Source of the DNA: an uncultured virus (IMG/VR IMGVR_UViG_3300025889_017362)
Taxonomy: Duplodnaviria > Heunggongvirae > Uroviricota > Caudoviricetes
Reading direction: 5' to 3' (one strand)
IMG/VR virus record: IMGVR_UViG_3300025889_017362
Length of the DNA: 64,000 bases
Of the stretch, positions 59,094-64,000 are shown in pieces. Both the position numbers and the translations under genes were made by a program. Each line of letters opens with the position of its first letter. Position 1 is the first letter of the stretch. Below the pieces are notes generated by a model, which saw nothing but the letters and a program-made list of their open reading frames with translations, was not told where the DNA came from and searched no databases.

Positions 59094-59122
59094 TTGACAG
59101 GCCTTGACTAGTTCCTTATATT
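59094..59122 (+). promoter_or_regulatory. Sigma70-type promoter
   Basis: TTGACA (59094-59099), 17 nt, TATATT (59117-59122); same boxes as the 56702 promoter. Confidence 0.75.
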
Positions 59123-59153
59123 GGTATCATAACATTTTTATAAAAGGTGATAA

Positions 59154-59948
59154 ATGTTAGAAAACATAAATGACTACGATACAATAATACTCGGTTTTGG
59201 GGCACACACAATAAAGAATAGGTGTATCAAACAACTAAAGCCACTTTTTGAGACTGGCAAGATAGATGCTTTTGTAACTAACGGAGCATCTATCTTACAT
59301 GATACAGAAATTGCCTTGTATGACGATACCAGTGAAGATGTTGGTGCTACAATCAAAGAGGGTGAGTTTGGTTGGAATAGAAGAAGTTGTGGAGACCTAA
59401 ACAATTTTGTTAGTAATACAAGGTCTGATTCGTTAGGTAGGATGATTTCTGGTTTCATTGGTTGGCAAGGTAAACATAGAGATAAGTCAGTATTTTGGCA
59501 GGCTCATCAAAACCAAGTACAACCTATTGTATCTATTGGCATAGGACACGACATCTATCAAATGTATGGAAACTTTGATCCTGCTGCTTGGGCCACAGCA
59601 TCTTATGAAGATTTTGTTAGACTAACAAAGACAATCTCTGAAGCTAAAAGAGGGTTGTTTGTTTGTGTAGGTAGTAAAGTATTTGTGCCAATGGTTATAG
59701 AGAAAGCTTTTTCGACAGCTAAAAACCGTGGTAGTGAATGTGTTTTTGATAGTCTAGTTTGTGACTTATTTACACTAGAGGATGTTGATGGTAGTGAATA
59801 CACAGAAAAAGACACACATAAAGTCGGATACTATGAAAGACAACTAAAAACATTCAGTAGAATTTCTGAAGAGATAAACTATTGGAGAGCTGATAATAGA
59901 GCAGTTTACGAACGTCTTTATCAAATGATAATGGAAGGAAGAAAATAA
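59154..59948 (+). CDS. Deoxyhypusine-synthase-like (DHS-like NAD/FAD-binding fold) protein
   Basis: ILGFGAHTIK, FVTNGASILHDTEIAL..TSEDV...GEFG, SIGIGHDI, VGSKVFVP.VIEKA. Confidence 0.7.
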   Translation: MLENINDYDTIILGFGAHTIKNRCIKQLKPLFETGKIDAFVTNGASILHDTEIALYDDTSEDVGATIKEGEFGWNRRSCGDLNNFVSNTRSDSLGRMISGFIGWQGKHRDKSVFWQAHQNQVQPIVSIGIGHDIYQMYGNFDPAAWATASYEDFVRLTKTISEAKRGLFVCVGSKVFVPMVIEKAFSTAKNRGSECVFDSLVCDLFTLEDVDGSEYTEKDTHKVGYYERQLKTFSRISEEINYWRADNRAVYERLYQMIMEGRK

Positions 59949-59950
59949 TA

Positions 59951-60067
59951 ATGAAACTAATAGTAAAAGAAGGTTACTACGAAGCGCCAACTATAATTTC
60001 TCTTCTTTGTGAAGTTGTTAAACACAGGTGTTGGCATCTTATAAATCACGGTAAGTGGTCTGATTAA
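59951..60067 (+). CDS. Very small hypothetical protein, 38 aa (not in ORF track)
   Basis: MKLIVKEGYYEAPTIISLLCEVVKHRCWHLINHGKWSD; purine-rich SD-like stretch upstream; fills the gap. Confidence 0.55.
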   Translation: MKLIVKEGYYEAPTIISLLCEVVKHRCWHLINHGKWSD

Positions 60068-60083
60068 ATAGATAGGAAAATAA

Positions 60084-60281
60084 ATGAATAGTATCGGTAG
60101 TTTAGAAAGACAATTGATGGATGCCTTTGATGAACAAGAAGGCAAAGAAAGAGAACAAGGTGAAAAAGTATTAGGTGATTCACCTCGTCCAAAGACCAAG
60201 TTTCCATACACAAGACGTTGGAGAAAGACAAGAAAGACTCGTCTAAAGATGGCCAGAGAGAGTAGAAAAGCTAATAGATGA
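60084..60281 (+). CDS. Small protein with Arg/Lys-rich C-terminus
   Basis: RRWRKTRKTRLKMARESRKANR; SD AGGA; ATGA overlap with next gene. Confidence 0.6.
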   Translation: MNSIGSLERQLMDAFDEQEGKEREQGEKVLGDSPRPKTKFPYTRRWRKTRKTRLKMARESRKANR

Positions 60282-61216
60282 AAAGTGTTTTTATTATAAG
60301 TCCTTTCCACTATTGTCATTGTGTAGCTACACTAGTGGAAGGGCTTCAAAAAAGTGGTATAAAGGTTTTTTCCAACACTAGCCACAACTATGTGAAAAAT
60401 CAACTATTCAACATAGATACTGCCATCAAGGTTGCTGAAAAGTGTGATGTAGTTGTTTTAGCACATTCCGCCTTAGAAGAAAAATATAAAGAAATACTAT
60501 TACCATTAGTAAATTCTGTAAGGGTTGATGTATTCTTAGATGGGTCTGATAATAAAGAATACGAAGCCCAACCTTCTGATTATAAACTGTATTTGAAGAG
60601 AGAGTATTTAGGCACAACAGAAAATAACGTGCACCCTTTTCTTTTCGGTATAGAGGATAGATACTTTGCTCACACAAATAAAACCCATCAAGAGATTTGG
60701 TCAAATAAAATAGATGACCTTGTTTGCATAATGTCAGCTTGTGAAAAAAGACCTTGGCGTTTTGACATTATACAATCACTCAAAGATACGTTTGATAAAG
60801 ACGATACTGTGTTTGTTGGTGAGTATAGAGAGGGCACTGCACTTACTAGTGTTGATACAGGGGATAGACATTTTAGTGGATACTTTGGAAAATTACTTGG
60901 GTCAAGAATAAGTGTTGATGCTTATGGTGCTTTCGGGGCAAGACAAACAGGTAGGTTTTGGGAAAGTATTGCTAACGGGTGTCTTGTTATGTATCAAAAC
61001 ATAGAACCTTACAGGTGGAATAATACTTTTGAGGATGGTATACACTTCATCTCATACTCTGATACAGACGAGTTGATAGAAAAGGCTTGTTACTATGTCG
61101 GTAATCCAGATAAAGCCGAAGAGATTGCAAGAAAAGGGTACGACCATGCATTGGAATATCATACAACTTCTTGTAGGTCAAATGAGTTTTTATCCTTGTG
61201 TGAAAGATATTTATAA
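60278..61216 (+). CDS. CgeB/Glyco_trans_1_2-like glycosyltransferase
   Basis: YFGKLLGSRISV, RFWESIANGCLV, FEDGIHFISY, EIARKGY..ALEYHT. Confidence 0.8.
   Translation: MKSVFIISPFHYCHCVATLVEGLQKSGIKVFSNTSHNYVKNQLFNIDTAIKVAEKCDVVVLAHSALEEKYKEILLPLVNSVRVDVFLDGSDNKEYEAQPSDYKLYLKREYLGTTENNVHPFLFGIEDRYFAHTNKTHQEIWSNKIDDLVCIMSACEKRPWRFDIIQSLKDTFDKDDTVFVGEYREGTALTSVDTGDRHFSGYFGKLLGSRISVDAYGAFGARQTGRFWESIANGCLVMYQNIEPYRWNNTFEDGIHFISYSDTDELIEKACYYVGNPDKAEEIARKGYDHALEYHTTSCRSNEFLSLCERYL
61207..61214 (+). promoter_or_regulatory. Candidate late promoter
   Basis: ATATTTAT(A) overlapping the end of the upstream gene, 41 nt before ATG 61255. Confidence 0.45.
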
Positions 61217-61254
61217 CATAGCACATTCATAAAAACTAGCTTGAGAAAAATGAA

Positions 61255-61833
61255 ATGAAACTAAAAGAAGCAATAAAAGGACAACGAGTTGTTGTTATTT
61301 ATCCCGGCAGATTTCAGCCAATGGGTAGTCATCACTTCCAAGCATACAAACATTTAGTGAGCAAGTTTGGTAAAGCTAACGTCTTTGTTGCTACCAGTGA
61401 TAAAACTGAGGCCAAGAGTCCATTAAACTTCAACGAGAAAAAGAAGGTCATTAGTGCTTATGGTGTCCCCCCAAAACAAATTGTCAAAGTAAAGAATCCT
61501 TACAGGTCAGATGAGATTACTTCTAAGTTGCCAGACGATACTGCTGTGTTATGGGCCGTTGGTGCTAAAGACGGTGACAGACTAGTATCTGGAAAGTATT
61601 TTGATAAGTATAAGAAGGGTGTTGACCTCTTACCATACAAGGAGCGTGGATACATCTACATCGTCCCCCATGTATCTCTGAAGGTAAATGGTCAAGAAAT
61701 GTCAGGCACTGCCATACGTCAAGCTCTTGGTAATAAAGACCTATCACCAAAGGAAAGAAAAGACATCTTCAAACAGATTACAGGATTCAACAATCCATCT
61801 ATAGAGAAGATGTTATATAACAAACTAACATAG
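61255..61833 (+). CDS. Cytidylyltransferase-like (HxGH-superfamily) nucleotidyltransferase
   Basis: IYPGRFQPMGSHH, SPLNFNEKK, KNPY, AVGAKD..R, MSGTAIR. Confidence 0.8.
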   Translation: MKLKEAIKGQRVVVIYPGRFQPMGSHHFQAYKHLVSKFGKANVFVATSDKTEAKSPLNFNEKKKVISAYGVPPKQIVKVKNPYRSDEITSKLPDDTAVLWAVGAKDGDRLVSGKYFDKYKKGVDLLPYKERGYIYIVPHVSLKVNGQEMSGTAIRQALGNKDLSPKERKDIFKQITGFNNPSIEKMLYNKLT

Positions 61834-61834
61834 A

Positions 61835-62035
61835 ATGCTTATAAAGCCAGTAAAAAATACAAACTATTACGTTGAGTATATACCACCCAAACAAAAGACA
61901 AGATGCACTGAATGTGGAAACACAGTAAAAAACCTAGCTAGGTATGGTGTATGCACTTCTTGTCTTGGTAAGAGAAAACCAAAAAAACTAAAGCACCAAA
62001 ATAATATTGGTGATAATTTAGACATACAGGCATAG
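61835..62035 (+). CDS. Small zinc-finger basic protein
   Basis: CTECGN...VCTSC followed by a Lys-rich stretch. Confidence 0.5.
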   Translation: MLIKPVKNTNYYVEYIPPKQKTRCTECGNTVKNLARYGVCTSCLGKRKPKKLKHQNNIGDNLDIQA

Positions 62036-62044
62036 AGAAAATAA

Positions 62045-63283
62045 ATGAAACTTAGACATGTATTACGAGAAGGTGGCGCTTCGGGACATATGGCTCATCC
62101 GTGGGAAAATATTGATATGACCTTCGGTGAGATGAAAAAGATGATAAGAGCGCTTCTTACGGGTAGTATGGAAATAGAAAAAGTGTCTGAAAAAACGGAT
62201 GGCCAAAACATCAACATAACATGGCATAATGGTCAACTAGTTGCTGCAAGAAATAAGACACAGAGTAAGAACTTTGGTGAGAATGGCTTGACTCTTGCAG
62301 GTATGAAGAAGATGTTTGCTGGTAGAGGTGAATTAGAAAAAGCGTTTGTTTCATCTATGGTTGATTTAGAAAAAGCGATTTCTTCCTTGACAGAGAAACA
62401 AAGAAGTCGTATATTTGACAACGGTCATAAATGGATGAACATAGAAATAATTTATCAACCAACAAGAAATGTAATACCTTATAATATGGACTTACTACAG
62501 TTTCATGGTGTCAACGAGTTTGATGCTAATGGTAGTAAGATTGGTTCTTCATCTAAGGAAGGTAAAGAGCTTGCCGGTATGATAAAACAAATTAATCAAA
62601 ACAAACAAGACACGTTTGAGATTAGAGGGCCCCAAGCAGTTGAATTACCAAAGTCAAAAGATTTCTCAAAGAATGCAGACAAATACATCAAAAGAATTTC
62701 TGCACTACAGAAAAAATATGGTTTAGGAAATAACGATAACTTATTACAATACCATAGAAAATTTTGGCTACAAATGGTTGAAAGAGAAGCACGTAAGAGT
62801 AGAGTGAAGCTAAGTAGAGAGTTGAAAGTAAAACTAGTGAAAAGATTTGCTGAAGGTGATAAGAGTTTTGCTCTGAGTAAGGCTAACCTAAAAGATGAGA
62901 AGATTTATAACTTTGCAAGTAAACTTGACAAGGTTGATTCAAAAGGATTGTTTCAGAAAAATGTTGCACCTTTTGAAGATGTATTTCTCTCACTAGGAGC
63001 TGAGGTTTTAGAAAACGCCAAAAATTTTATCGCTGTATCACCCGCAAAGGGTGTAAGAGACATGAAGAAAGATTTAGGAAATACTATTTCTGATTTACGT
63101 AAAGGGGGTGATATCACCAAACTCAAACAGCTAAAAAGACAAATACAGAGATTTAAGAAGGCTGGCGGTTTTAATAAAATTGTTCCTAGTGAGGGAATCG
63201 TTTTTGACTATAAGGGAAACACTTATAAGTTGACAGGATTGTTTGCACCCATAAACCAAATATTAGGTATGACCAAATTTTAG
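62045..63283 (+). CDS. RNA-ligase-like nucleotidyltransferase (DUF6267-like)
   Basis: EGGASGHMAHP; motif I SEKTDGQN; AARNK; NIEII; motif IV SEGIVF; motif V YKLTG. Confidence 0.7.
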   Translation: MKLRHVLREGGASGHMAHPWENIDMTFGEMKKMIRALLTGSMEIEKVSEKTDGQNINITWHNGQLVAARNKTQSKNFGENGLTLAGMKKMFAGRGELEKAFVSSMVDLEKAISSLTEKQRSRIFDNGHKWMNIEIIYQPTRNVIPYNMDLLQFHGVNEFDANGSKIGSSSKEGKELAGMIKQINQNKQDTFEIRGPQAVELPKSKDFSKNADKYIKRISALQKKYGLGNNDNLLQYHRKFWLQMVEREARKSRVKLSRELKVKLVKRFAEGDKSFALSKANLKDEKIYNFASKLDKVDSKGLFQKNVAPFEDVFLSLGAEVLENAKNFIAVSPAKGVRDMKKDLGNTISDLRKGGDITKLKQLKRQIQRFKKAGGFNKIVPSEGIVFDYKGNTYKLTGLFAPINQILGMTKF

Positions 63284-63294
63284 AAAGGAAAGAA

Positions 63295-63468
63295 ATGGCT
63301 CGGACAAATCGCAGAAAAGATGCGAGTGAAGTAGTTAAGCCCAATCGTGGAGTAAAGAAGAATCAACGTAAAACACGAAGAAGTAATACTAAGACAGCAA
63401 TAAAAAACATTGACTATAATGACCCTAACTTTGATGAATTAGAGGAAGATTTATACGATGGAAGGTAA
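63295..63468 (+). CDS. Small protein, 57 aa, basic N-terminus and acidic C-terminus (not in ORF track)
   Basis: MARTNRRKDASEVVKPNRGVKKNQRKTRRSNTKTAIKNIDYNDPNFDELEEDLYDGR; SD AAGGA. Confidence 0.6.
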   Translation: MARTNRRKDASEVVKPNRGVKKNQRKTRRSNTKTAIKNIDYNDPNFDELEEDLYDGR

Positions 63469-64000
63469 GTTTGCTATCAAACCAAAGGTTCTAGACAAGG
63501 GTTTCGTAGAGTTGTTAGATTTCTGTGGTACAGACTTAACAGTAGTAAATTCTGCTCGTGTATCCTTTGGAAAGAGAAAAGAAACATATGAAACATCAGA
63601 TGAAAAACTTGTTAGATACCTCGCTAAACATAAACACTTTTCCCCGTTTAGACATCTCATAGTCCAACTACACATAAAGGCGCCTGAGTTTGTTATGAGA
63701 CAGGCGTATAAACACGTAGTTGGAATAGAAACTTCATCATCACATTCGACAAAAGACCATGCTTGGAATGAAATTAGTGGCCGTTATGTGCCAGTTGAGG
63801 AATTTTATCTTCCCGAAATCTGGCGCCAACAATCGCCAGACTCAAAGCAGGCGAGCGTGGGTGAAATCCCACTTCAAGAAGAAGCCCACGAAAGATACGA
63901 GAATGCGATAAAGCTAATCAAACACAACTATGAAGAGTTGTTAAAGCTCGGTGTCGCAAAAGAACAAGCAAGAATAATGTTGCCGTTGTCTCAGTATACA
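63458..64000 (+). CDS. thyX: Flavin-dependent thymidylate synthase (partial, runs off the window; not in ORF track)
   Basis: VLDKGFVELLDFCGTDLTVVNSARVSF, YLAKHKHFSPF, KAPEFVMRQ.YKH, WNEISGRY, GVAKEQARIMLPLSQYT. Confidence 0.95.
   Translation, partial: MEGKFAIKPKVLDKGFVELLDFCGTDLTVVNSARVSFGKRKETYETSDEKLVRYLAKHKHFSPFRHLIVQLHIKAPEFVMRQAYKHVVGIETSSSHSTKDHAWNEISGRYVPVEEFYLPEIWRQQSPDSKQASVGEIPLQEEAHERYENAIKLIKHNYEELLKLGVAKEQARIMLPLSQYT

Noticed and set aside
43887..61216. Host LPS/capsule locus joined by mis-assembly
   Set aside because: Interleaved with phage-type small genes, similar composition, no transport or polymerase genes, and a second block lies on the other side of the tail module; read-level confirmation is still desirable
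43434..61216. Apparent preference for GACAT/AACAT over GATAT/AATAT (possible ATAT avoidance)
   Set aside because: Impression only; cannot be separated from codon bias without computation
61255..61833. Assigning this protein as the missing heptose-1-phosphate adenylyltransferase
   Set aside because: It lacks the GxFDxxHxGH and NSD motifs of the HldE C-terminal domain and resembles the phage cytidylyltransferase-like family; kept only as a remote possibility
788..63675. Numerous minus-strand and nested alternative-frame ORFs in the track
   Set aside because: They overlap well-supported + strand genes, show no recognisable motifs and look like shadow ORFs; 59957-60319 and 63451-63675 are displaced by better + strand genes
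1..64000. Stop-codon reassignment (alternative genetic code)
   Set aside because: Genes are full length in the standard code and TAA, TAG and TGA all occur at sensible gene ends
1..64000. tRNA, rRNA, CRISPR array, integrase/transposase, intron or intein
   Set aside because: Intergenic gaps are short and none showed cloverleaf, repeat-spacer or splicing signatures by eye; tRNAscan/Infernal not run

Overview
This 64 kb window is part of a large, AT-rich, lytic-type myovirus (contractile-tailed dsDNA phage, distantly T4-like). All credible genes are on the + strand and use the standard code. Layout: (i) 141-5509, glycan block 1: GT9 and GT2 glycosyltransferases, a truncated carbamoyltransferase, an unannotated Hc1-like histone mimic and an HldE-type heptose kinase. 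(ii) 5682-39270, an extensive tail/baseplate module: sheath, tube, chaperone, tape measure, hub, spike, gp25, gp6/J, wedge and LamG fibre proteins, with an embedded gp55-like late sigma factor. (iii) 40012-43383, a two-unit protein with an ADP-ribosyltransferase-like and a PD-(D/E)xK-like domain. (iv) 43887-61216, glycan block 2: hddA, gmhA, RmlC/RmlD-like enzymes, SDR epimerases, HAD phosphatase, methyltransferases and GT2/GT4/GT9/CgeB transferases. (v) 61255-64000: a nucleotidyltransferase, an RNA-ligase-like protein and a partial thyX. Main leads: a phage-encoded heptose synthesis/modification/transfer system bracketing Ser/Thr-rich tail genes (possible virion glycosylation); a probable +1 frameshift in the tail chaperone; a perfect 16-bp anti-Shine-Dalgarno inverted repeat gating the sheath gene around a candidate late promoter; and candidate capsid-packaged effectors sharing a cleavable-looking leader. 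All calls come from motif recognition by eye; no searches were run.
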